Part shown: positions 46,558 to 57,929 of the stretch, in pieces
How the letters are laid out: the number at the start of each line of letters is the position of its first letter
Numbering within the stretch: position 1 is the stretch's first letter
NCBI GenBank assembly: GCA_963841385.1
Contig: CAWJCO010000002.1
Span: forward strand, 36,871 to 100,870
Reading direction: 5' to 3'
Origin: an uncultured Chloroflexia bacterium
Lineage (GTDB): Bacteria > Chloroflexota > Dormibacteria > Aeolococcales > Aeolococcaceae
Length of the DNA stretch: 64,000 nucleotides
Notes under the pieces: generated by a model
Databases searched by the model: none
Seen by the model: only the letters and a program-made list of their open reading frames with translations
What the model was told of the DNA's origin: nothing
Program-made: the position numbers and the translations under genes

Positions 46558-47880
46558 ATGACCTGGCTCGTCATCCTGCTCGTCGCGGGGCTGGTGCTGG
46601 CCGCCTTCGCGGCTGCCGCCGAGACCGCGCTGACCTCGGTGTCGCGGTTGCGGATGCGCACCCTCGCCGAGGATGGAGAGCGTCGGGCCAGCCGGGTGGT
46701 GCATCTCCACAACAACCCCAACGGCTACCTCTCGACCATCCTCTCGGTCAACACCGTCGCCGTCATCGTCGCCTCGACGGCGACCGCGCTGATCGCCTCC
46801 GGTCACACCCACGGCCTGTACCAGGCGTTGATCACCGTGGCGCTCTCGGTGTTCGTCCTGGTCTTCTGCGAGATCGCTCCCAAGTCGCTCGCGCTCCGCT
46901 TCAACGAGCGGCTGGCGCTGCGCCTGGCCGCGCCCGTGCAGGTCCTCACCCGGGTGCTGAGCCCGCTGATCGCGGCCCTCACCCTGGTGGCCCGCCTGCT
47001 CCTCCGGCTGCTGACCCGGGGGCGCCCCGCTCCGGGCCCGTTCGTGACCGAGGACGAGCTCAAGCTGATCGTGGCGATGGGCGAGCGCGAGGGGGTGGTC
47101 GAGCAGGAGGAGCGGCAGATGATCGACGGCATCCTGGAGATGACCGACAAGCCGGTCCACGAGGTGATGGTGCCCCGGGTCGACGTGGTCGGCATCGAGG
47201 CCGGCCGCAGCCTCACCGACCTGATCGCCCTGATCGTCGACCATGGTCACTCCCGGATCCCCGTCTACGAGACGACCATCGACAACGTCGTGGGGGTCGT
47301 GTACGCGAAGGACCTGCTCCGCCACGGCGTCCGCAGCGGCGATCCCCGTCAGCTCGCAGCGCTCGCCCGCGAGCCCTACTTCACCCCCGAGAGCAAGCAC
47401 GTCGGCGAGCTGCTGAGAGAGATGCAGGAGCGCAAGGTGCACATGGCCGTCGTGGTCGACGAACACGGCGGCACCGCCGGGATCGTCACCTTCGAGGACC
47501 TCATCGAGGAGATCGTGGGCCCGATCCGCGACGAGTACGACGTCGCCGAGCAGGAGGAGATCCAGTTCGTCAGCGATCACGAGGTGGTGGTCAGCGCCCG
47601 GTTCCCGGTCCATGACGTGGCCGAGCTGCTCCATCTCGACCTCGGCGAGACCGACGCCAACTCGATCGGCGGCCTGGTCTACGAGCGGCTGGGGGAGATC
47701 CCCAAGGCGGGCGCCGCCCTGCAGCTCGGGACAGCGACCCTCACCGTCGAGTCGGTGCGCCGGCAGAGTATCCAGACGGTGCGGATCGTGAGCCCCGAGC
47801 CCCTGGCCGTCGACCGTGACGGCGCCAAGCATGCCCCGGCTGCCGAGGGCCCTCGGGTTGGCGCCGAGCACCCGCTCTGA
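46558..47880 (+). CDS. CNNM/TlyC-family transporter-associated protein (DUF21-CBS pair-CorC_HlyC)
   Basis: The N-terminal DUF21 membrane domain (AAAETALTSVSRLRMRTLAEDG), CBS-pair region (VHEVMVPRVDVVGIE...HSRIPVYE) and C-terminal GLVYERLGEIPKAG...LTVESV. Confidence 0.9.
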   Translation: MTWLVILLVAGLVLAAFAAAAETALTSVSRLRMRTLAEDGERRASRVVHLHNNPNGYLSTILSVNTVAVIVASTATALIASGHTHGLYQALITVALSVFVLVFCEIAPKSLALRFNERLALRLAAPVQVLTRVLSPLIAALTLVARLLLRLLTRGRPAPGPFVTEDELKLIVAMGEREGVVEQEERQMIDGILEMTDKPVHEVMVPRVDVVGIEAGRSLTDLIALIVDHGHSRIPVYETTIDNVVGVVYAKDLLRHGVRSGDPRQLAALAREPYFTPESKHVGELLREMQERKVHMAVVVDEHGGTAGIVTFEDLIEEIVGPIRDEYDVAEQEEIQFVSDHEVVVSARFPVHDVAELLHLDLGETDANSIGGLVYERLGEIPKAGAALQLGTATLTVESVRRQSIQTVRIVSPEPLAVDRDGAKHAPAAEGPRVGAEHPL

Positions 47881-47900
47881 CCCGGGCCGGGTGGGCTGAG

Positions 47901-48659
47901 GTGGCGGGGAGCTTCACCGACGAGGGGATCGTGCTCCGCCGCGTCAACTACGCGGAGGCCGACCGCGTCCTCACCGTGCTCACCCGCGAGCACGGCAAGG
48001 TGGGCGTGATCGTTCGGGGCGTGCGCCGGGCCGGAAGCCGCATGGCCGCGCAGACCGACCTCTTCGAGCGCAGCCGGATGCAGCTCGCCGAGGGCCGGGG
48101 GGAGCTGCTGGTGCTGGCCCAGGCGCAGCGAGCCTCGGGACCGCCCCCGGGGCTGACCGGCGATCCCCGGCGGTCCGCCTGCGCCGCGGTGATCGCCGAG
48201 CTCACCGACCGGGTGCTCGAGGGTCACCATCCGGACCCCGAGGTCTACGCCCTGGTGGCCGGGTCCCTGGACGAGCTGGGCGATCCCGGACGCGATCCGC
48301 GCCGGGCCCTGGTCTGGTTCGGTCGCCAGATGATCGACCGCCTGGGCTACGCCCCCCAGCTCGAGCGGTGCGCCTCCTGCTCCCGGCCCCTGGCCGAGGC
48401 GGCGGCCGTCTTCAGCGCCCCCGGCGGAGGGCTGCTCTGCCCCGACTGCCGGCCCGGTGACCCGAGTGCCATCGCCTGCTCGGTGCGGGCCATCAAGGTG
48501 CTGCGTGTGGCCGCAGCCGGCGACGCCGCCACCTGGGACCGGCTCCGCCTGGACCCCGAGACCCTGTCGACCCTCGAGGCGATCATCGAGCGCGAGCTGG
48601 AGCACCACCTGGACCGCCGGCTCCGCTCCTGGGAGGTGCTCCGAGCCCTCGAAAGGTGA
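47901..48659 (+). CDS. recO: DNA repair protein RecO
   Basis: EGIVLRRVNYAEADRVLTVLTREHGKVGVIVRGVRR (OB fold) and the zinc motif CASCSRPL...LLCPDC. GTG start. Confidence 0.85.
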   Translation: MAGSFTDEGIVLRRVNYAEADRVLTVLTREHGKVGVIVRGVRRAGSRMAAQTDLFERSRMQLAEGRGELLVLAQAQRASGPPPGLTGDPRRSACAAVIAELTDRVLEGHHPDPEVYALVAGSLDELGDPGRDPRRALVWFGRQMIDRLGYAPQLERCASCSRPLAEAAAVFSAPGGGLLCPDCRPGDPSAIACSVRAIKVLRVAAAGDAATWDRLRLDPETLSTLEAIIERELEHHLDRRLRSWEVLRALER

Positions 48660-48680
48660 GGGCGGATACACTTCCCGGCC

Positions 48681-50108
48681 GTGGCCGTCCCATCCGACGA
48701 AGCTCCCGGCGCGCCCCCGGCGACCCCGCCGCCGCCCGATCTCCTGGAGCGGCTGGTCTCGCTCGGCAAGCAGCGCGGTTTCTTCTTCCCGTCGAGCGAG
48801 ATCTACGGTGGCATCAACGCGCTCTACGACTACGGCCCGCTGGGAACCCGGCTCCGGCGCAACATCCGCAACCGCTGGTGGCGCTCGATGGTCGAGCTGC
48901 GCGACGACATCGAGGGAATCGAGAGCTCGGTGATCATGAACCCCCAGGTCTGGGTCGCGAGCGGTCACGTCGCCGGTTTCTCGGACCCGCTGGTCGACTG
49001 CACCGGGGGCTGCCGGCGGCGCTGGCGCGCCGACCACCTGGGTGCTGAGCGGGTGGCCCGCGGCAAGCCGGCCGACGCGCCCGGCTGCCCCGAGTGCGGA
49101 GGACCGCTTACCCCGCCACGCCAATTCAACCTCATGTTCCGCACCTTCCTCGGTCCGGTGGAGGACAGCTCCGCCCAGGTCTACCTGCGCCCCGAGACGG
49201 CCCAGGGGATGTTCGTCGACTTCAAGTCGGTGCTCAACAGCAGCCGTCAGCGGATCCCCTTCGGCATCGCCCAGAACGGCAAGTCGTTCCGCAACGAGAT
49301 CTCTCCCGGCAACTCGATCTTCCGCACCCGCGAGTTCGAGCAGATGGAGATGGAGTTCTTCTGCGAGCCGGGCACCGACGACCAGTGGTTCGAGCACTGG
49401 CGCGGCGAGCGTTTCCGCTGGTACGTCGAGGAGCTGGGAGTGCGCCGCTCACGCCTGCGCCTGCGCGACCACGAGCAGGACGAGCTGGCTCACTACGCCA
49501 AGGCCGCCACCGATGTCGAGTACCTCTATCCGTTCGGGTGGGGCGAGCTAGAAGGGATCGCCAACCGCACCGACTTCGACCTCTCCGCGCACCAGAAGGC
49601 CAGTGGGGTGGACCTCAGCTACCTGGATCCGGTGACCGGCAACCGCTTCGTCCCCTACGTCATCGAGCCGGCCGCGGGCGTGGACCGCATCATGCTCACC
49701 ATCCTCATGGACGCCTATGACGAGGAGATGGTGCGCGGTGAGACCCGCACGGTGCTGCGGATGCATCCCGACATCGCGCCGGTCCAGGTGGCGGTCCTGC
49801 CCCTCTCCAAGAAGGCTGAATTGACCGTGCCGGCGCGCGCGCTCGAGCACCGGCTCCGGCCCCATTTCGCCACCGACTACGACGAGACCCAGGCCATCGG
49901 CCGCCGCTACCGGCGCCAGGACGAGATCGGGACACCGCTGGCGGTGACCTTCGACTTCGACAGCCTCCAGGACGACGCCGTCACCATCCGCGAGCGGGAC
50001 GGGATGACCCAGGTGCGGGTGCCGATCGCCGGTCTGGAGGACGCCGTGCGCGACCAGCTGGTCGCCTTCCGGCGGCGGACCGCCGAGCGCGCCGGCGCCG
50101 GGGGCTGA
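48681..50108 (+). CDS. glyQS: Glycine--tRNA ligase (dimeric class II type)
   Basis: RGFFFPSSEIYGGINALYDYGPLG, FRNEISPGNSIFRTREFEQMEMEFF (motif 2), IEPAAGVDRIML (motif 3) and an anticodon-binding domain. ~25-aa Pro-rich N-terminal lead. Confidence 0.95.
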   Translation: MAVPSDEAPGAPPATPPPPDLLERLVSLGKQRGFFFPSSEIYGGINALYDYGPLGTRLRRNIRNRWWRSMVELRDDIEGIESSVIMNPQVWVASGHVAGFSDPLVDCTGGCRRRWRADHLGAERVARGKPADAPGCPECGGPLTPPRQFNLMFRTFLGPVEDSSAQVYLRPETAQGMFVDFKSVLNSSRQRIPFGIAQNGKSFRNEISPGNSIFRTREFEQMEMEFFCEPGTDDQWFEHWRGERFRWYVEELGVRRSRLRLRDHEQDELAHYAKAATDVEYLYPFGWGELEGIANRTDFDLSAHQKASGVDLSYLDPVTGNRFVPYVIEPAAGVDRIMLTILMDAYDEEMVRGETRTVLRMHPDIAPVQVAVLPLSKKAELTVPARALEHRLRPHFATDYDETQAIGRRYRRQDEIGTPLAVTFDFDSLQDDAVTIRERDGMTQVRVPIAGLEDAVRDQLVAFRRRTAERAGAGG

Positions 50109-50112
50109 CGGC

Positions 50113-50754
50113 GTGCCCGACCCCGACGACACCCTGGACGTGCGCTCGGCCTTCCTCGCGGTCGCCGGGACGGCCCGCGAGACCGTCGCCCTCACCGCCG
50201 TCGCGCTCCACTGGGAGGAGCCCAGCGCCCTCCCCGAGATGACCGTGGGAGCCCTCGTCGCCCACCTGGCGCGCGCGGTCACCAATGTCGAGCGTTCCCT
50301 GGAGGTGGCTGAGCCCGCCGGGGAGGAGCCGATCTCCGGAGCCACCTACTTAGCCCCGGTGAGCCCCGACCTCGCATCGGGGATCAATGTGCGGGTGCGC
50401 GCGACCTCCGCCGAGGAGGCGCTGGTCGGCCACCGTGCGGTGCTGGGCCAGATGGACCGCGCCCTCGAACGGCTCCGGGCCCGGCTGGCGGGGGAGCCGG
50501 AGGGTCGTCTGGTGAAGGCCAGGGACGAGGTGCTCCGCCTCGACGACTACCTGAGGACCCGGATCATCGAGCTCGCCATCCACACCGACGACCTCTGCGT
50601 CAGCATCGGCCGGGCGACGCCCGCGCTCCCCGGCGTCGGGGTGGCCATCGAGGCCCTCGTGGAGGTCGCGGTCCTGCGCCATGGCGAGCTGGCCGTGCTG
50701 CGGGCCCTGGCCCGCCGGGAGCGCGACCCGGATCAGGTCCTCCGCGTCCTCTGA
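50113..50754 (+). CDS. DinB-like / mycothiol-maleylpyruvate-isomerase N-terminal-domain family protein
   Basis: The GTG start, a four-helix DinB-like N-domain (..LVAHLARAV..) and ELAIHTDDL (metal His). Resembles the actinobacterial uncharacterised family with this fold. Family-level call only. Confidence 0.6.
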   Translation: MPDPDDTLDVRSAFLAVAGTARETVALTAVALHWEEPSALPEMTVGALVAHLARAVTNVERSLEVAEPAGEEPISGATYLAPVSPDLASGINVRVRATSAEEALVGHRAVLGQMDRALERLRARLAGEPEGRLVKARDEVLRLDDYLRTRIIELAIHTDDLCVSIGRATPALPGVGVAIEALVEVAVLRHGELAVLRALARRERDPDQVLRVL

Positions 50755-50803
50755 GCCGGGCCAGCGGCCGGGGTGAGCCGGACGACCGGTCGAGTGAGCC
50801 GGA

Positions 50804-51841
50804 TCAGCTCGCCGAGGCCGACGGCGAGGCGCTGGGCGTGGCGCCGGCCCCGTGGCCCCACGGGCCGGCGAAGGAGCCTCCTCCGATGAAGCTGCCGCCG
50901 AGCGTCCCGAAGGGGCCGAAGGGCCAGCCGGGGTAGGTCCCGTTCACCCACGCGGTGACCCGGGACTGCACCTCCGAGGTGAGCGTGCTCGCCTCCGTCG
51001 AGGTGAGCTTGCCGCTGCTCTCGAGGCTGCTGATCTGGCTGTCGATGGAGGTGGTCACGGCGCTGGTGACGCTCGCGACGCTGACGCTGTGGGCCTGGGC
51101 AACGCTGGCGATGGTCTGACCGGCGGCGAGGTCGGACTGGAGGGTGGAGGCGGTGACGCCGATGGTGGTCGCCGCCGCCTGGAGAGCCGCCTGCTCTCCG
51201 GAGCCGCCACCGATCCCGGGCACCGTGGTGGGTCGGGCCTGGTTGACGAAGTCGGTGACCATCTGGGTGAGGTTGGTCGTGATCTTGCTCGCCTGGCTGG
51301 AGGTGAGCTTGCCGCTCGACACCAGGTTGTCGATGGCGGTGGTCTCGTCGCCGACCAGGGCGGTGATGACGTCCTGGGCGGTCTTGCCGTTCGCCGTCGC
51401 CACCTGGGCGACCGTCTTACCGGATTGAAGATCGCTCTGCAGGGTCTGCTCGCTCACGCCGATGGCGGTGGCGGCGTCCTGGATCAGGTTGACGGCGCCG
51501 AAGAAGACGCTCGGTCCCCCGAGACCGCCCCGGGAGTGGAGCCCGGGGGAGGGGCTCGCCGTCGGGTTCGAGCCGCTGGCGGTGGTGGCGGCCGCCACCG
51601 GGGTGGTCGTCGCCGCACGTGAGATCAGGAACCCGCCCACCGCGCTGCCCAGGACCAGCCCGCCGACGGCGGCGACGATCGCCACGCCGCGACGGAGGCC
51701 GATCACGCGGCCGCGGGGCGCCACCTCCTCCGGGTGGTCGGGGGCTTCCGCCCACGAGCCCTCGGAAACGTCGGGCCAGGCGTCGTCGTCCCAGGCGGGC
51801 GGCGTCCCCAGGTCGTCGGGGGTGGGAACTTCCTCGCTCAT
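50804..51841 (-). CDS. Membrane-anchored secreted protein with two ~80-aa helical repeats (function unknown)
   Basis: ATG 51841 with a GGGAGA RBS. Acidic cytoplasmic N-terminus and TM VAIVAAVGGLVLGSAVGGFLI. Repeats AIGVSEQTLQSDLQSGKTVAQVATANGKTAQDVITALVGDETTAIDNLVSSGKLTSSQASKITTNLTQMVTDFVNQ and TIGVTASTLQSDLAAGQTIASVAQAHSVSVASVTSAVTTSIDSQISSLESSGKLTSTEASTLTSEVQSRVTAWVNG. Confidence 0.6.
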   Translation of the reverse strand: MSEEVPTPDDLGTPPAWDDDAWPDVSEGSWAEAPDHPEEVAPRGRVIGLRRGVAIVAAVGGLVLGSAVGGFLISRAATTTPVAAATTASGSNPTASPSPGLHSRGGLGGPSVFFGAVNLIQDAATAIGVSEQTLQSDLQSGKTVAQVATANGKTAQDVITALVGDETTAIDNLVSSGKLTSSQASKITTNLTQMVTDFVNQARPTTVPGIGGGSGEQAALQAAATTIGVTASTLQSDLAAGQTIASVAQAHSVSVASVTSAVTTSIDSQISSLESSGKLTSTEASTLTSEVQSRVTAWVNGTYPGWPFGPFGTLGGSFIGGGSFAGPWGHGAGATPSASPSASAS

Positions 51842-52004
51842 AACGATCTCCCGGTGGTGGCGCGACTCAGCGGTCGGAGGGCGGCTGCCTGCTCGTGCCC
51901 CGGCACGAGCCATGCACCCAGTCAGGTAGTTTGAGGCTCGGTGCCTTTCGACTCGATGACGGAATTGAGACGTCCGGAGGGCCCGCTCCCCCGGAGTGGT
52001 CGCC

Positions 52005-52580
52005 CTACCTCATCCAGCTCCCTGCCATCGGGAGGTGGCAGGCGCCTCCGCCCTGCTTCTCGAAGTACTGCTGGTGGTACTCCTCGGCCTCCCAGAAGCG
52101 GGGGGCGTCGGTCACCTCGGTGACGATCGGGTGGCGGGAGCGGCTCTCCGCCCGCAGCCTGGAGAGCACGCGCTCGGCGGTCTCCCGCTGGGCCGCGTCC
52201 CGCACGAGGATCGCCGAGCGGTACTGGTCGCCGATGTCGGGTCCCTGGCGGTTGAGCTGGGTCGGGTCGTGGATGTCGACCAGGAAGGCGGTGACCAGCT
52301 CCTCGTAGCTGGTGCGCACGGGGTCGAACACCACCTCGACCGCCTCGGCGTGCCCGGTGGTGTGGGAGCAGACCTCGCGGTACGTGGGATGGTCGGTGTG
52401 ACCGCCCGCGTAGCCGACCCGGGTGGTGACCACCCCGGGGAGACGCCGGAAGGCGTCCTCGACGCCCCAGAAGCAGCCGCCCGCGAAGGTGGCCGTCTGC
52501 AGGGTGGCCGGTCCCGTGGCCGCGTCGGGCTCCGGGACCAAGGGGGTCAGGGGATCAGGGCTTGGGGACTTGATGCTCAT
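52005..52580 (-). CDS. msrA: Peptide-methionine (S)-S-oxide reductase
   Basis: Catalytic GGCFWGVE, GYAGGHTDHPTYREVCSHTTGHAEAVEVVFDP. Confidence 0.95.
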   Translation of the reverse strand: MSIKSPSPDPLTPLVPEPDAATGPATLQTATFAGGCFWGVEDAFRRLPGVVTTRVGYAGGHTDHPTYREVCSHTTGHAEAVEVVFDPVRTSYEELVTAFLVDIHDPTQLNRQGPDIGDQYRSAILVRDAAQRETAERVLSRLRAESRSRHPIVTEVTDAPRFWEAEEYHQQYFEKQGGGACHLPMAGSWMR

Positions 52581-52724
52581 GGCCCCATTGTGCCCCCTTC
52601 CGCGCTACGCCACACCCCGGAACAGCCGCGTCGAACGCCGCACCCCGGTTCGCAAGCGGCCGCGCCCCGCCCCGGTGATACCCTCGCCTCGCCCTAGCCC
52701 TAACGGACGATCAGAGGACCCCTC

Positions 52725-55508
<2,784 letters not shown>

Positions 55509-55543
55509 CACTGACCGGGGGGAACACCCGGTGATGCCGGCTT

Positions 55544-55562
55544 GGGGGCGCGTGGCGCCCCC
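55544..55562 (+). terminator. Candidate stem-loop after ppdK
   Basis: GGGGGCGC-gtg-GCGCCCCC, a perfect 8-bp GC stem 36 nt after the ppdK stop. No U-tract. Confidence 0.4.
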
Positions 55563-55676
55563 GAGCCGCTCACGGGGCGCCTGCCTCGGCTCCGGCGGCC
55601 TGGCCTGCGGCCCAGAACGTCACCTCCGGGCCGGTGCACTAGGGGCCCTGCCCTGCCGCGCTATCCTCGGTCCGGC

Positions 55677-55943
55677 ATGAGCGAGCGGGTGAGGATTCGC
55701 AAGGTCGGCACCCGTGACGGGCGCCCCACCAACCTCGACGACGGCCACGTGGTCGAGGGGGACGAGCTCGCCGCGCCAACTCCCGGACAGCCGTACGCGG
55801 TGCGCCGGACCGTCATCGAGCATCACGACGCGCCCGACGTCTTCGCAACCTCGCCGGTGCGGGCGGTGATCACCGAGAAGGACGGTTCGATCGTGGTGCT
55901 CACCGACAACTCGCGCTACCGGGTCGAGGTCATCGGCCGCTGA
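55677..55943 (+). CDS. Hypothetical small protein upstream of dnaG
   Basis: 88 codons from ATG 55677, ending 3 nt before the dnaG GTG. MSERVRIRKVGTRDGRPTNLDDGHVVEGDELAAP... No motif recognised. Confidence 0.5.
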   Translation: MSERVRIRKVGTRDGRPTNLDDGHVVEGDELAAPTPGQPYAVRRTVIEHHDAPDVFATSPVRAVITEKDGSIVVLTDNSRYRVEVIGR

Positions 55944-55946
55944 GCC

Positions 55947-57791
55947 GTGACCACGGACGCCCGCGCCGAGATCAAGGCCCGGCTGGACATCCTCGACGTG
56001 ATCGGGGGGCACGTCTCGCTGCACCGTTCGGGCACTCAGCACGTCGGCCTCTGCCCCTTCCACGCGGAGAAGACCCCGAGCTTCTCGGTCAGCCAGCAGC
56101 GCCAGGCGTGGTACTGCCACGGTTGCCACGAGGGCGGAGACATCTTCACCTTCGTCGAGAAGATCGAGGGGGTGGACTTCCCCCGCGCCCTGGAGCTGCT
56201 CGCGGAGCGCGCGGGCGTGGAGCTGGAGAAGGACCGGCGCGGCGGTGCGCGCGGCGCCGGGAGGCGCCGCTCGATCGAGCTGAACGAGCGGGCGGCCAAG
56301 TTCTACGAGTACGTGCTCTGGAACCTCGCCGCCGGCGGGGCCGGACGCCGTCTGCTGGCGGAACGCGGCGTCGACGAGGCGCTGGCCCGGCGCTTCCGGG
56401 TGGGTTTCGCCCCCCAGGGCGGCCAGGCGGGCGATGCCCTGTCGCGTTACCTGGTCGGACGTGGGGGGGCGGCCCTCTCCGAGGTCGCCGCCGCCGGACT
56501 GGCCGGCCGGGGCGGGCGCGACCTCTTCCGTCACCGTCTCGTCTTCCCCATCTCCGACGAGCGCGGGCAGGTGCTCGGGTTCGGAGGCCGGGCCCTGGGC
56601 GACGCCACCCCCAAGTACCTCAACACCCCGGAGACCGGCGCCTACCACAAGTCGATGGCCCTCTTCGGGCTGGACCAGGCCCGGCAGGCGCTGCGGGAGC
56701 GGCGGGTGGCCGTGGTGGTCGAGGGCTACTTCGACGTGCTCGCCGCCCATGCCGCGGGGGTCGCCAACGTGGTCGCCTCGAGCGGCACGGCGCTGACCCG
56801 GGAGCAGGTGCGCATCGTCGCCCGGCACGCGGACCTGCTGGTGCTCTGCTTCGACGGCGATGCGGCGGGCAGGCGGGCTGCCGACAGCGCCGTCGACCTC
56901 TGTGCCGCCGAGCGGCTGGCCGCGCGGATCGCGGTGATGCCCCCGGAGTTCAAGGACCCCGACGAGATGGTCAGGGCGGATCCGGCGGCCTTTGCCGCGA
57001 CCATCAGCGGAGCCGAGCCCGAATGGCACGTGCTGCTGCTGTGGGCGACCGCCGGCACCGGCGGGGGGGTTGACGAGCGGCGAAGAGCGGGCGAGAGGGT
57101 GGCGGCGCTCCTGCGCCGCATCCCCGACGAGAACACCCGCGAGCTCTATGCCCGGGAGGGTGCCCAGAGGCTGGAGGTCTCGGCGTCGTCGCTGGTGGCT
57201 TCGGCGCTCACCGAGGTGCGGGCGGCCAATCTGACCCGGGGGCGATCCACCGGTGAGCGGGTGACCGCTCCGCTCGGCGTCGGCTCCCCGTCCCCCGCGG
57301 TCGAGGCGGACTCGGGGGATCCGGGTTTGGCCGACGACGATCCCGGGAATCCTCCGCCGTCGTGGGAGGAGTTCCTGGCAGCCTATGCCGCTCAGCGACC
57401 CGCCCTGGCGCGGCTGGTGGTCGACGAGATGGGTCTGGACCTCGATGACCTGGCCAGTCCGGCCGTTCGCCGCATCCTCGAGCTGGCCAGGTCGGCGCCG
57501 CCCGGCTCCGGCCTCCCCCTGCACGCCCTGGGTGCCGCCGACCGGCGGCTGGCGGCGCGCCTCTCGGTCCGCGACCTCCCCGAGCTGGCCACCGACGCCG
57601 ATCCGGTCGCCCTGGAGCGGGCGATGGCCGACTGCGTTCGCCAGGTCCGGCGAGCCGCCAGCCGGGGTCGGGCCCGGCGTGAGATCGGCGAGCTGCTGGC
57701 CGCCTCGGGCGGGCTGGACCCGGAGCGCGACGAGAACGTCGCCGCTCGGCTCCGCCGGCTGCTGGAGGAGGAGCGGGAGTCGCCGGAGTGA
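55947..57791 (+). CDS. dnaG: DNA primase
   Basis: Zinc ribbon GLCPFHAEKTPSFSVSQQRQAWYCHGCHEGGD, the RNA polymerase core (KYLNTPET), Toprim VVVEGYFDVLA...DGDAAGRRAA, and a C-terminal helical domain. Confidence 0.95.
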   Translation: MTTDARAEIKARLDILDVIGGHVSLHRSGTQHVGLCPFHAEKTPSFSVSQQRQAWYCHGCHEGGDIFTFVEKIEGVDFPRALELLAERAGVELEKDRRGGARGAGRRRSIELNERAAKFYEYVLWNLAAGGAGRRLLAERGVDEALARRFRVGFAPQGGQAGDALSRYLVGRGGAALSEVAAAGLAGRGGRDLFRHRLVFPISDERGQVLGFGGRALGDATPKYLNTPETGAYHKSMALFGLDQARQALRERRVAVVVEGYFDVLAAHAAGVANVVASSGTALTREQVRIVARHADLLVLCFDGDAAGRRAADSAVDLCAAERLAARIAVMPPEFKDPDEMVRADPAAFAATISGAEPEWHVLLLWATAGTGGGVDERRRAGERVAALLRRIPDENTRELYAREGAQRLEVSASSLVASALTEVRAANLTRGRSTGERVTAPLGVGSPSPAVEADSGDPGLADDDPGNPPPSWEEFLAAYAAQRPALARLVVDEMGLDLDDLASPAVRRILELARSAPPGSGLPLHALGAADRRLAARLSVRDLPELATDADPVALERAMADCVRQVRRAASRGRARREIGELLAASGGLDPERDENVAARLRRLLEEERESPE

Positions 57792-57929
57792 TCGGCGCCC
57801 GACAGGTCGGCCGGCGACCGCTCGCAGCTCGGGAGGGCGGGTGACCGTTGGTACTCTGAGCGGAACGGCGGACCCCCGCCGGCGGCGGGGCGATGGTCCC
57901 GCGGTAGCCTGGGGTGCCTGGAAGACCTG

